The position numbers and the translations under genes are program-made. Positions 9,403-18,770 of a DNA stretch of 64,000 nt are shown one piece after another (the first letter of the stretch is position 1; each line of letters begins with the position of its first letter). Origin of the DNA: Myxococcota bacterium (GTDB lineage Bacteria; Myxococcota_A; UBA9160; UBA4427); contig OZ252299.1 of the NCBI GenBank assembly GCA_965250285.1, forward strand, positions 960,001-1,024,000, in the 5' to 3' direction. The notes under the pieces were generated by a model. That model saw only the letters and a program-made list of their open reading frames with translations, had not been told where the DNA came from and did no database searches.

Positions 9403-9696
9403 ATGCCCGCCTATCTCATCGTGAACTACAAGGTCGAAGACGGCGATCTCTACGGCAAGTACTCGGCCGCGGCCGGACCGGCGCTCGCGATCGGCGAGAA
9501 GTGCAAGCTGCTCGTGTTCGATCCGGCCAGTGAATCGGTCGAGGGCGAGCCGGGGCACCAGACCGTGGTGCTCGAGTATCCCAGCAAGGAAGAGGCGCAG
9601 GCCGCGTACGATTCGAAGGACTATCAGGACGTCGTCGGTATGCGCCACGACGCGACGAGCAACCACTTCGCCGTGCTCGTGAACGGGATGGGCTGA
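9403..9696 (+). CDS. DUF1330 domain protein
   Basis: MPAYLIV...VEG...VVLEYPS.E.A.A.YDS.DYQ pattern. Confidence 0.85.
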   Translation: MPAYLIVNYKVEDGDLYGKYSAAAGPALAIGEKCKLLVFDPASESVEGEPGHQTVVLEYPSKEEAQAAYDSKDYQDVVGMRHDATSNHFAVLVNGMG

Positions 9697-9860
9697 GGCC
9701 GTCGTCCCGTCCAGCTCGGCCGATTGCGGCCCGGCTGGACGCCGCTGCACGCGATCCGCCCATGGGTTGCCGGCCCCCTCCGCCCGCATCAAGACGGCGG
9801 GCGAGGGGGCCGATCTCTCTCGGTGGGGTGAGCCCTCGGGCTCGTCTCGGCGGGGGAAGG

Positions 9861-10856
9861 ATGTCGGCGCACCCGAGCGACAGACCGAGCTGCAGACGCA
9901 GGAGCCTGTGCGCGATCACGGTCGCGTGGCTTGCGCTCGTCTGCATCGCGCCCGTCGCGCCCGTCGCTTGGGCACAGCCGGCCAAGATCGCCCCCGCCGC
10001 GCTCATGCCCGAGCACCGCAGCGGCTTCAGACTCACGCCGATCCCGAGCATCTATGGCACCGAAGAGCTCGAGCAGCGCTGGCATGAAGGACGCGAGCTC
10101 GAGCTCGCCGAAGACTTCCTCGCGGCGGCCCAGCTGCACGAAACGCTCGCCGAAGACCGACCCGAGAGCGCGTACGCCTATTGGAAGGTGTCGCGCAATC
10201 TCTGGCGGTACGCCGAGCAGCTGCCCGTCGACGCGAAGGCCGAGCGCATGGCGCTCTTCGAACGAGCCGATGCCTGGGCGTCGCGCGGGCTGGCCGTCGA
10301 CCCCGACTGTGCACCGTGCATGCTGTGGAAGTTCGGCGCGATGGGGCGCATCGCGACCACGCGCGGCGTGATGGCGAGCCTCGGGATGGGGCGTGAGATG
10401 CGCGCGCTGCTCGAGCGCGGCATCGCGCTGCAGCCGACGTTTGCCGACACGCCCGAGAACTCGACGCTCGGCAACCTCTACTACGCGAGCGCCGTCTTTC
10501 ATCGCGTCGTGCCCGAGTGGCGGTGGCTCGAGTGGTTCGTCGGCGTGCGCGGCGATCTCGACCACGCGCTCGGGATGATCCGCGGCGCGGTCGACCTGGC
10601 GCCAAACCGCATCGACTATCTCGTCGAGTACGGCGCCGTGCTGCACTGCTATGGTGATCGTCGAGGCGACGCCGGGGCGCGCGAAGAGGCGCACCGGGTC
10701 TGGCGGCGTGCGCTGACCCTCGAAGCGGGCAGCGGCACCGACGTCGTCGATCAGGGCCACGCCCGTACGCTCGGGGCTGATCCGACGAAGTCTTGCGGCT
10801 ACTCGCGAGATGGCTGGATCGACACCTCGAAGAAGCAGATGGCGAAGCGGGGCTGA
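9861..10856 (+). CDS. Exported TPR-like helical repeat protein
   Basis: Signal peptide ending AWA; Ala/Leu-rich helical repeats (RGLAVDPD, GIALQP, AVDLAPN). Start uncertain. Confidence 0.65.
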   Translation: MSAHPSDRPSCRRRSLCAITVAWLALVCIAPVAPVAWAQPAKIAPAALMPEHRSGFRLTPIPSIYGTEELEQRWHEGRELELAEDFLAAAQLHETLAEDRPESAYAYWKVSRNLWRYAEQLPVDAKAERMALFERADAWASRGLAVDPDCAPCMLWKFGAMGRIATTRGVMASLGMGREMRALLERGIALQPTFADTPENSTLGNLYYASAVFHRVVPEWRWLEWFVGVRGDLDHALGMIRGAVDLAPNRIDYLVEYGAVLHCYGDRRGDAGAREEAHRVWRRALTLEAGSGTDVVDQGHARTLGADPTKSCGYSRDGWIDTSKKQMAKRG

Positions 10857-11003
10857 TCCCCCTCGTTCGGCGATGAAAGTGGCCGGACGACTCCCAAACA
10901 GCGGCCGACACTCGATTTCTTGCTAGCGTGGACCCGAGTCCAACCGCGTTCTCCGACCCTCGCCCGGGTCTGGACAAGACGCACCTCTCGCACCGGAGGT
11001 GAC

Positions 11004-12143
11004 ATGGGACCGCTGCAAGGCACACGGATCATCGAGATCTCGGGCATCGGCCCCGGTCCGTTCTGCGGCATGCTGCTTGCCGATATGGGCGCCGAGGTCA
11101 TTCGCGTGGAGAGGCCCGGCGGCGGGTTTCTCGGCGGCAACGGCGCGCCCCAGGATCTGCTCAGCCGAAACAAGCGCTGCGTCTGCGTCAACCTGAAGGC
11201 GTCGGATGGCGTCGCCACCGTGCTCGATCTCGTGAAGTCGGCCGACGCGATCTTCGAGGGCAACCGTCCGGGCGTCGCCGAACGGCTGGGCATCGGGCCC
11301 GAAGACGTCTGGGCCGCCAACCCGCGACTCGTGTACGGACGCATGACCGGCTGGGGGCAGGAAGGTCCGATGGCTCAGGCCGCGGGCCACGACATCAACT
11401 ACATCTCGCTCACCGGGGCGCTGCACGCGATGGGGCGTGCCGGTGAGAAGCCCGCGATCCCCCTGAACCTGGTGGGCGACTTCGGCGGCGGCGGGCTCGT
11501 GCTCGCGTTCGGCATGGTCTGCGCACTGCTCGAGGCGAAGGCGTCGGGCCAGGGCCAGGTCGTCGATGCGGCGATGATCGATGGCGCCTCGGTGTTGCTG
11601 TCGAGCCTGTTCGGCGCGCAGCAGACCGGCTGGTGGTCGGACGAACGCGGCACGAACATGCTCGACGGTGGCTCGCACTTTTACGAGGTCTACGAAACGG
11701 CCGACGGCAAGTACGTTTCGGTCGGTGCGATCGAACCGCAGTTCTATGCCGCGTTGATCGAGGGGCTCGGCCTCGCCGGTGAAGAGCTCCCGGGCCAGAT
11801 GGACATGCAGACCTGGCCGGCCATGAAGGATCGCTTTGCTGCGATCTTCGCGACGCGAACCCGCGACGAATGGTGTGCTCGCTTCGAGGGCAAGGATGCG
11901 TGTGTCGCGCCGGTGCTGTCGATGGGCGAGGCGCCCGGTCACCCGCACAACGTGGCACGGGGCACCTTCGTCGATGCGTTCGACGCGATCCATCCGCACC
12001 CGGCGCCGCGCTTCAGTCGCACGCCGAGCGAGGTGTCGACGGCGCCCTCGAAGCCGGGCGAGCACACCGACGCGATCCTCGCCGAGATCGGCTACGACCA
12101 AGCCAAGATCGCTGCGCTCCGCGACGCCGGCGTCGTGGCCTAG
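11004..12143 (+). CDS. CaiB/BaiF family III CoA-transferase, alpha-methylacyl-CoA racemase-like
   Basis: GIGPGPFCGMLLADMGA, GHDINY, NLVGDFGGG, PAPRFSRTP; GGAGG RBS. Confidence 0.93.
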   Translation: MGPLQGTRIIEISGIGPGPFCGMLLADMGAEVIRVERPGGGFLGGNGAPQDLLSRNKRCVCVNLKASDGVATVLDLVKSADAIFEGNRPGVAERLGIGPEDVWAANPRLVYGRMTGWGQEGPMAQAAGHDINYISLTGALHAMGRAGEKPAIPLNLVGDFGGGGLVLAFGMVCALLEAKASGQGQVVDAAMIDGASVLLSSLFGAQQTGWWSDERGTNMLDGGSHFYEVYETADGKYVSVGAIEPQFYAALIEGLGLAGEELPGQMDMQTWPAMKDRFAAIFATRTRDEWCARFEGKDACVAPVLSMGEAPGHPHNVARGTFVDAFDAIHPHPAPRFSRTPSEVSTAPSKPGEHTDAILAEIGYDQAKIAALRDAGVVA

Positions 12144-12212
12144 CCTCGTCGCTTCCGCCGGCGGCTCTGCCGCGGCGCGCCCCGTTCGACCGTGTGGGGC
12201 GTAGCCACGAGA

Positions 12213-12815
12213 TCAGCGCGTGGCAGCAGCTTCGACGGCGGCGGGGATCTCACTCGTAATGTGATCGGGGAGCCGCGGTTCGCGGTCGTCCCCTTCGCCG
12301 GCCGCGGCGGCCTGCTTCTGCTCTTGCGCCGAGGCGGCTTCGAGAAATCGGATCAGGACGGCCCGCTGATCGTCGGTGAGGAGCGCGCGCACGCTCATCA
12401 GCGTCGCGATCTGGTGCTTGCGCAGATCGATCTCGAGCTGTCCCACGCGATCGACCCCCTGCATCACCTCGTCGAAGTCGGGCTCGGGTGCGTCGAGACT
12501 CTGCTTGAGATCGGCGCGGGCGTCGGCGAGATCGCGCTTGAGCTGCTGAGCCCGAACGCCGCTCTGCGCCACGATCTCGTCGATGCGGGCCTGCTGCTCG
12601 TCGGAGAGATCGAAGGGGTTGTCGGCCGCCGCGAGCACCGAGCCGCTGGTGTCCGCCGCCGGGGCAGGCGTCGCGGGGCCGCCCTCGGCGGCGTCGGGCG
12701 TCGGTGTCGCGGCGGTCGAGACCGAGCCGAAGACCGAACAGAAGGCGAGCGCCACGACTGCAGCCGTGACCGCGAGTGAGCGCGAACGCGCGCGACGCTT
12801 CGGGTCAGGGCGCAT
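12213..12815 (-). CDS. Periplasmic Spy/CpxP/ZraP-like (heavy-metal sensor family) protein
   Basis: Signal peptide; LSDEQ...I and LLTDDQR (LTxxQ) motifs flanking a helical core. Confidence 0.8.
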   Translation of the reverse strand: MRPDPKRRARSRSLAVTAAVVALAFCSVFGSVSTAATPTPDAAEGGPATPAPAADTSGSVLAAADNPFDLSDEQQARIDEIVAQSGVRAQQLKRDLADARADLKQSLDAPEPDFDEVMQGVDRVGQLEIDLRKHQIATLMSVRALLTDDQRAVLIRFLEAASAQEQKQAAAAGEGDDREPRLPDHITSEIPAAVEAAATR

Positions 12816-13311
12816 TGGCCGTGGCCCCTCGGCCGCCTTCGAGGAAGAGCCCGGCGATGGCGCGGTAGTCGTCGGGCAGATAGTCGTCGGCGCTGGCCGC
12901 GTCGGGGCTCGCCGCGGCTGGATCGGCGGCCGCGAGGATCTCGCGCTCCCAATCGGCGAATGATGTCGCCGCCCGTGTCGTCGCGAGCGTCGTCGGGACG
13001 GGCGGAGGCACGATCTCGGGTGCCGGTTCGGCGCTCGGCCCGAGCACCAGCCACGCGGCGGCGGCCGCCACCGCGGCGGCGGCGATGGGCTGCCAGAGTC
13101 GAAGGCCGAAGAAGGCTCGGTGGGCCTCGGCCTCGACCCGCGCTTCGAGGCGCGCATCGAAGGCGCGTCGCTCGGTCGGTGACATGGGCGGCGGCGCGTA
13201 GGCGTCGCGCACCTGCTCCAGCCAGGCGTCATCGCGCGGATCGACCTCGGCTGAGTCGTTCATCGGGTCGCCCTCGAGGGCTCGGCGCCGATCGTCGTTC
13301 ACATCACTCAT
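12805..13311 (-). CDS. Putative membrane-anchored anti-sigma factor
   Basis: Single Ala-rich TM segment; lies directly downstream of an ECF sigma gene. Confidence 0.65.
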   Translation of the reverse strand: MSDVNDDRRRALEGDPMNDSAEVDPRDDAWLEQVRDAYAPPPMSPTERRAFDARLEARVEAEAHRAFFGLRLWQPIAAAAVAAAAAWLVLGPSAEPAPEIVPPPVPTTLATTRAATSFADWEREILAAADPAAASPDAASADDYLPDDYRAIAGLFLEGGRGATANAP

Positions 13312-13338
13312 GGCATCGCTTCCTCGCCTGCTTGCGCT

Positions 13339-13929
13339 TCATCGCTCGGCCTCGGGTCGGAGATCGCCGAGTTCGGCTCGCAGCTTGAGCAGTGCCCGGT
13401 GCAGATGGCTCTTCACGGTGCCGACGGGCGAGCCCATCAGCTCGGCGGCCTCGCGCACGGTCCAGCCTTCGAGGTGGACGAGCACGAACGCCTCGCGTTG
13501 GCGCGCGGTCAGCTGCTCGAGCGCGGCCTCGATGCGGCGGCGCAGGCCGGCATCGCCGACCGGGTCGGGCCGCGGATCGGCGACGTCGGCCTCGTAGGGC
13601 GTGTTCCAGAACGTCCGAAGGCCGCGCCAGCGCCGATGGTTGGCCGCGCGGCGCACGAGGATCCGATAGAACCAGGTCTCGAGGCTCGCGTCCCCGCGAA
13701 AGCGGGGGAGGGCCTTGTAGGCGTTCAGGAACGCGTCCTGCACGACGTCTTCGGCCGCGCCGCTGTCCCCGCCGACCAGGCGCCACGCCATGCGCACCGC
13801 GCGGGCGCGGTGCCGCGACACGAACGCCTGGAAGCGGATCGCGAGGTCCTGCGCCTCGACCTCGTCGTCGACCAATCCCACGGGCGATCTCGCTTCGGCT
13901 CTGGCTGCATCCATCCTCGCATCGGACAC
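13339..13929 (-). CDS. ECF RNA polymerase sigma factor
   Basis: AEDVVQDAF, FRGDASLETWFYRI (region 2); EAAELMGSPVGTVKSHLHRA (region 4). Confidence 0.95.
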   Translation of the reverse strand: MSDARMDAARAEARSPVGLVDDEVEAQDLAIRFQAFVSRHRARAVRMAWRLVGGDSGAAEDVVQDAFLNAYKALPRFRGDASLETWFYRILVRRAANHRRWRGLRTFWNTPYEADVADPRPDPVGDAGLRRRIEAALEQLTARQREAFVLVHLEGWTVREAAELMGSPVGTVKSHLHRALLKLRAELGDLRPEAER

Positions 13930-14163
13930 ACCTCGCCCCGATCGGGGTTACGGCCCGCCCAGCGGACAGCCATCTGGATTGTACCCCGTGGGGGCGAGTG
14001 ATGCTCGGCTCGATCGGGTCGCCGGGACGGGCCTTTCGAGATCCCGCCAATGCGCCGATTCCAAACGCGAAATCGCGCGCCCCGGCGGTCTGCGTGCAGT
14101 CAGGCGCGCCTCGCCGTGGGTTTCTCGCCCGACTCGGGGGCGCGTGCTACCGAATGGCCCGTC

Positions 14164-15285
14164 ATGGGTATCCAGAAAGTCGGTTTCATCGGTTGGCGCG
14201 GCATGGTGGGCTCGGTCCTGCTCGACCGCATGCAGGCGGAGGGCGATTTCGACGGCCTCCAGCCGGTCTTCTATTCGACCTCGCAGGTCGGAGAGACGGG
14301 CCCCGATGTGGGCGTCTCGGCGCCGCCGCTCGCGGACGCCTACGACACCGACGCGCTCGCCGCGCACGACGCGATCGTCAGCTGCCAGGGCGGCGACTAC
14401 ACCAAGCAGGTGCTGCCCAAGCTGCGCGAGTCGGGCTGGCAGGGCGACTGGATCGACGCCGCCAGCGCGAAGCGCATGGACGACGACAGCGTGATCGTCC
14501 TCGACCCGGTGAACCGCGACGTGATCGACCAGGCCATCGCCGGTGGAAAGAAGAACTGGATCGGCGGCAACTGCACGGTCAGTCTCATGCTGCTCGCCCT
14601 GCACGGTCTCTACCGCGAGGGCTGGATCGAGTGGGTCACGGCGATGACCTATCAGGCGGCATCGGGCGCGGGCGCGCGCAACATGCGCGAGCTCGTGGCG
14701 CAGATGAAGGCGATCGGCGACGACGCCGCGGCGCTGCTCGCCGATCCCGCGACCAGCGCCCTCGACCTCGACCGGCAGGTGGGTGCGAGCCTCGCTTCGG
14801 AAGGCTTCCCGACCGAGCACTTCGGGGTACCGCTGGCCGCCAGCCTGATCCCGTGGATCGATCGCAAGATGGATGGCGGCGAGACCCGCGAAGAGTGGAA
14901 GGCGCACGCCGAGAGCAACAAGATCCTCGGTCTCGACCCGGCCGTGCCGGTGGACGGGCTGTGCGTGCGCATCGGCGCGATGCGCTGCCATAGCCAGGGC
15001 TTCACGATCAAGCTGCGTCAGGATGTCCCGCTCGACGAGATCGAGTCGGCCCTGGGTGGCGCCAACGACTGGGTACGCCTGGTGCCGAACGACAAAGAGG
15101 TCACGGCGGCCGAGCTCACGCCGGCCAAGGTGACGGGCACGCTCGATATCCCGGTCGGCCGCGTGCGCAAGCTGCGCATGGGCGGCGACTTCGTCGGCGC
15201 GTACACCGTCGGCGACCAGCTGCTCTGGGGCGCGGCCGAGCCGCTGCGCCGCGTGCTCGGCATCCTGCGCGAGGCGCGCGGCTAG
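14164..15285 (+). CDS. asd: Aspartate-semialdehyde dehydrogenase
   Basis: GFIGWRGMVGSVL, GGNCTVSLML, YQAASGAG, MRCHSQ, VGDQLLWGAAEP. Confidence 0.97.
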   Translation: MGIQKVGFIGWRGMVGSVLLDRMQAEGDFDGLQPVFYSTSQVGETGPDVGVSAPPLADAYDTDALAAHDAIVSCQGGDYTKQVLPKLRESGWQGDWIDAASAKRMDDDSVIVLDPVNRDVIDQAIAGGKKNWIGGNCTVSLMLLALHGLYREGWIEWVTAMTYQAASGAGARNMRELVAQMKAIGDDAAALLADPATSALDLDRQVGASLASEGFPTEHFGVPLAASLIPWIDRKMDGGETREEWKAHAESNKILGLDPAVPVDGLCVRIGAMRCHSQGFTIKLRQDVPLDEIESALGGANDWVRLVPNDKEVTAAELTPAKVTGTLDIPVGRVRKLRMGGDFVGAYTVGDQLLWGAAEPLRRVLGILREARG

Positions 15286-15524
15286 CGCGACGGCTCGCTC
15301 GATCCGCCGTGTTGCGCGACAGTGCGCCGGGGGGTGGCTTCACCCCCGCCTCGGATCTTGCTGCCATGGATCGATCCTCGGCGTGAGCCGAGTCTCCCGA
15401 CATGATTTCGAAGTGCCGCTCCGTGCGCGAAACTCACGGCGTCCACGACGACGCCTCGCACGTCGGGGCACCTCCAGGCCTCGGGCCGTCGCACCGCAGA
15501 CGCTGGCTTCGAAGGAGACGAGCC

Positions 15525-17171
15525 GTGACGCCGAGCCCGAAGCGCGCCGTGGTTTCATGCGCGCTCGTTGCGGTTCTGGGTCTTCTCTCGGCGGGCGGTG
15601 AAGCGCGGGCCGAGTCGACGCGCGACGAATCGAGGCCGGCCGTCGAGCCGACCGCCGAAGCCCCCGGGTCGCGATCGAGCGCGTCCGACGCTCCGGCCCA
15701 ACCGACCGATGCGGTCCCCACCGACGAAGCATCGAGCGCCCCCGCCGCCCCCACCGACGAAGCGTCGAGCGCCCCCGCCGCTCCCACCGACGAAGCGTCG
15801 AGCGCCCCCGCCGCTCCCACCGACGAAGCGTCGAGCGCCCCCGCCGCTCCCACCGACGAAGCGTCGAGCGCCCCCACCGACGAAGCGTCGAGCGCCCCCG
15901 CCGACACCGCTGAGGAGCGGATCGAAGCGGAGGCCGAGGCCGAAGAAGACCGACGGATCAGCGCGAAGGTCGCCGACGCCGTGGCGCGTGAGATCGACCG
16001 CTCGCTGCCCGTGCGCGCCAGCTACACCGAGAAGGGCTTTCGACTCGAGACGCGGGACGGCAACTGGCAAACCAACCTGCAGTGGCGCGCGCAATTTCGA
16101 CTCACGTATCCCTTCGTCGGCGACCCGCGACAGGTGCCCGACTTCAACCGGGACAACTACTCGACGACGTTCGAGGTGCGTCGCCTGCGCATGAAGATCG
16201 GCGGCTTCGGCTACCGACCGTGGCTCAAGTACTACTTCGAGCTCGATCTCGAGCCGAGTCGCGACGTCGACGACTCGGAGCCGAGCTCGAGCGCGCGGCT
16301 GCTCGACTGGCGGGTCGACGTCGCGCGATTCGAGAAGGTCGGCCTGCGGATCGGCCAGTGGAAGATCGATTACACCCGCGAGCGCGTCGAATCGTCGAGC
16401 CGTCAGGAGTTCGTCGAGCGTTCGATCGTCAACCGCATCTTCACCATCGATCGTCAGGTCGGATTGCAGCTGCGCGGTCGGCTCTTCAACGGGACGCCGG
16501 CCGATTTTCGCTACTACGCCGGCGTCTTCACCGGCGAAGGGCGGGGCGTGACCAACGACGACAACAACCTGCTCTATGCAGGACGCGTGCAGTGGAACAT
16601 GCTCGGCCGCGATGTGCCTCTCAGCCAGACCGACGTGCAGCGCACGCCGAAGCCGGCCGCAGCACTCGGTGTGGGCTCGGCCTACAACATCGGTCGCTGC
16701 ACGCGCTGGTCTTCGAGCGGCTGCGGCAACCTGGATGGCTTCGAGCCCCCTGAAGACGCGGCGGAAGGGCAGTACAAGATCAAGCAGGTTGGTCAGGACT
16801 TCGCGTTCCGCTGGCAGGGATTCGCCATCCAGCAGGAGTTCCAGTGGAAGAACATCGACGACCGCGTGAACGATCGCGACTACAACCTGTGGGGCGCGTA
16901 CGCGCAGGTCGGATACTTCTTCAGCGGGCTTTGGGATTGGTTTCCGCGACCGCTCGAGTTCGCCTATCGCTACGGTTGGGTCAAAGAGCCGAACGAGAGC
17001 GACCTGAGTGTCGACAACAAGCGGCAGGAGTTCACCGCTGCGGCGAATTGGTTCTTCTTCGGCCACAACAACAAGCTGACCCTCGACTACAGCTATCTGA
17101 CCCTCGACGACCCCATCAACGGCGATCCGACGGCGAACCGCGTGCGCTTCCAGTGGGACATCTCGTTCTGA
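15525..17171 (+). CDS. OprO/OprP-like porin with N-terminal tandem-repeat linker
   Basis: Signal peptide, FEVRRLR, IGQWK, ERS, alternating beta-strand pattern, terminal F (RFQWDISF). Confidence 0.85.
   Translation: MTPSPKRAVVSCALVAVLGLLSAGGEARAESTRDESRPAVEPTAEAPGSRSSASDAPAQPTDAVPTDEASSAPAAPTDEASSAPAAPTDEASSAPAAPTDEASSAPAAPTDEASSAPTDEASSAPADTAEERIEAEAEAEEDRRISAKVADAVAREIDRSLPVRASYTEKGFRLETRDGNWQTNLQWRAQFRLTYPFVGDPRQVPDFNRDNYSTTFEVRRLRMKIGGFGYRPWLKYYFELDLEPSRDVDDSEPSSSARLLDWRVDVARFEKVGLRIGQWKIDYTRERVESSSRQEFVERSIVNRIFTIDRQVGLQLRGRLFNGTPADFRYYAGVFTGEGRGVTNDDNNLLYAGRVQWNMLGRDVPLSQTDVQRTPKPAAALGVGSAYNIGRCTRWSSSGCGNLDGFEPPEDAAEGQYKIKQVGQDFAFRWQGFAIQQEFQWKNIDDRVNDRDYNLWGAYAQVGYFFSGLWDWFPRPLEFAYRYGWVKEPNESDLSVDNKRQEFTAAANWFFFGHNNKLTLDYSYLTLDDPINGDPTANRVRFQWDISF
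15717..15902 (+). repeat. Coding VNTR, 33-bp unit (PTDEASSAPAA) x4 plus two truncated units
   Basis: Unit cccaccgacgaagcgtcgagcgcccccgccgct starts at 15717, 15750, 15783, 15816; partial units at 15849 (24 bp) and 15873 (30 bp). Confidence 0.97.
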
Positions 17172-17193
17172 ATCGTCGGGGCGCGCTGCGGGC

Positions 17194-18600
17194 CTATGCG
17201 ATCAGCTTGGTCGTGCGCAGGGTGAGCTCGGTGGTGGCGACCACGCGGGGGTCGATGGGCGCGGTCATGTGTCCGCCCTGATGCCAGACGACCTCGGGCT
17301 CTTCCCAGTGCGCGTGCAGGTTCAGGATGTGCTCGGGCGGCACGAGCCGATCGGCGACCGCGCCGTACAGGTAGCGGCCATCGAAGGGCACCATCGGCTC
17401 GACCGCGAGCGGCGAGATCGGTCGGAACACGCGACGCAGCATGGCTTCGTCGAGGCCGATGTGTTCGAGCGCCGCCCACTGCCGCGCCGGGGAGTGGCGC
17501 CGAATGATCGCCGCGAAGCACGACACGCCGATGCCCGGGATCGCGCACGAGAGCCCGGTCTCGAGGCCCGCGAGCAGCGACGTCGTGTAGCCGCCGAGTG
17601 AGAGCCCGACCGTACCGATCTGCGTGGCGCCGTATTCGCGCCGCAGCCAGCCGATCAGCCGGCGGATGTCCCACTGCGCCTGCGCTTCGGCGTGGACGGT
17701 GTCGAGCGGATGCCCCGTGAACCAGCCTTCGCCCGAGATGCGGCCGATGCGGCGCGGTCCGTGCATCGGCAATACGGGCATCAACAGGTTCAAGCCGAGG
17801 CGCTCGTAGAGGTCGGCGAAGATCGCGAGGTCGATCGCGGCGTGGCCCGTCCGGTAGCCGTCGTTGCAGATGAGCCAGGGGCGATCTTCACCGGCGTGCA
17901 TCCGCAGCCACGCGTGGCCCGTGCGCGGCGGCCTGAGCTCGAGGTAGCGATCGCGGCCCGGCTCGTCGGCGTGCGGCTCGTACTCGCTCTCGAACACGAG
18001 GTGCTCGTAGGCCCGCTTGCCCGAGCGCTTGGCCGTGCGGCTCACCTGCTCGAGCGGCGCCGGCGGCGTGTGGTACGTGGTCGGATCGTCGCTCCAACCG
18101 CGATCTTCGAAGAGCGCGACCGCATCGAGAATCTCGTGGTGCATCTGCGAGAGCTCGTCGCCCACCGGCAGCTGAACCATGAACTGCTCGACGCCGAGGA
18201 AGGTCTCGTCGAGCGCCGCCTTCGCACCGTTCTGCAGCGATCGCTCGGGGGCCGGCATCCGGGGGTCGACGGGTTCGGCCTCGATCGCTTCACGACCCGA
18301 CAGGACGAAGCTCGCCGCGCTGCCCATCAGCAGCAGCACGGCGGGGCCGAAGCCGAGGGCGAAGCCACAGGGCAGGGCGAGCAGGGTCGCCAGCGCCGAG
18401 CCGAGCGCCCACGTCTGATTCGCGCGCAGGTCGATCTGGCCGAGGGCGACGGCCAGCGCGCCCGCCGCCAGCGGCAGGGCAAAGAGCGATGTGAAGACGA
18501 AGAAGAGCGGGCCGACGTCGGCCGCGAGACCCAGCCATGCGAGCCCGGTCAACACCCCGACCCAAGGCCGGCGCGGCCATCTGACCTGATCGAACATCAC
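17194..18600 (-). CDS. Alpha/beta hydrolase with N-terminal transmembrane segments
   Basis: GLSLGG nucleophile elbow, DRLVP, GGH; hydrophobic first ~100 aa. Confidence 0.85.
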   Translation of the reverse strand: MMFDQVRWPRRPWVGVLTGLAWLGLAADVGPLFFVFTSLFALPLAAGALAVALGQIDLRANQTWALGSALATLLALPCGFALGFGPAVLLLMGSAASFVLSGREAIEAEPVDPRMPAPERSLQNGAKAALDETFLGVEQFMVQLPVGDELSQMHHEILDAVALFEDRGWSDDPTTYHTPPAPLEQVSRTAKRSGKRAYEHLVFESEYEPHADEPGRDRYLELRPPRTGHAWLRMHAGEDRPWLICNDGYRTGHAAIDLAIFADLYERLGLNLLMPVLPMHGPRRIGRISGEGWFTGHPLDTVHAEAQAQWDIRRLIGWLRREYGATQIGTVGLSLGGYTTSLLAGLETGLSCAIPGIGVSCFAAIIRRHSPARQWAALEHIGLDEAMLRRVFRPISPLAVEPMVPFDGRYLYGAVADRLVPPEHILNLHAHWEEPEVVWHQGGHMTAPIDPRVVATTELTLRTTKLIA

Positions 18601-18685
18601 GCCCCCTCTCTCTGCAGCGACCGCCTCGGCGTCGAGGGGTCTCGGCTCGTCCCGGAACCGACCCGCGGGCGAACGCAGCGCCGAG

Positions 18686-18770
18686 TCAGGCGGGCAGGCC
18701 TCGGGTCTCGGGCAGCCCGAGCATCAGATCAGGCGGGCAGGCCTCGGGTCTCGGGCAGCCCGAGCATCAG
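18686..18770. repeat. Perfect 42-bp tandem duplication of the argC 3' end
   Basis: tcaggcgggcaggcctcgggtctcgggcagcccgagcatcag at 18686-18727 and 18729-18770. Confidence 0.95.

Noticed and set aside
15330..15347. Hairpin GGGGGTG-gctt-CACCCCC after asd as a terminator
   Set aside because: Short stem with no U tract; cannot be supported as an intrinsic terminator.
15717..15902. 33-bp repeats as a CRISPR array
   Set aside because: Units abut with no unique spacers, stay in frame inside a porin gene, and no cas genes are present.
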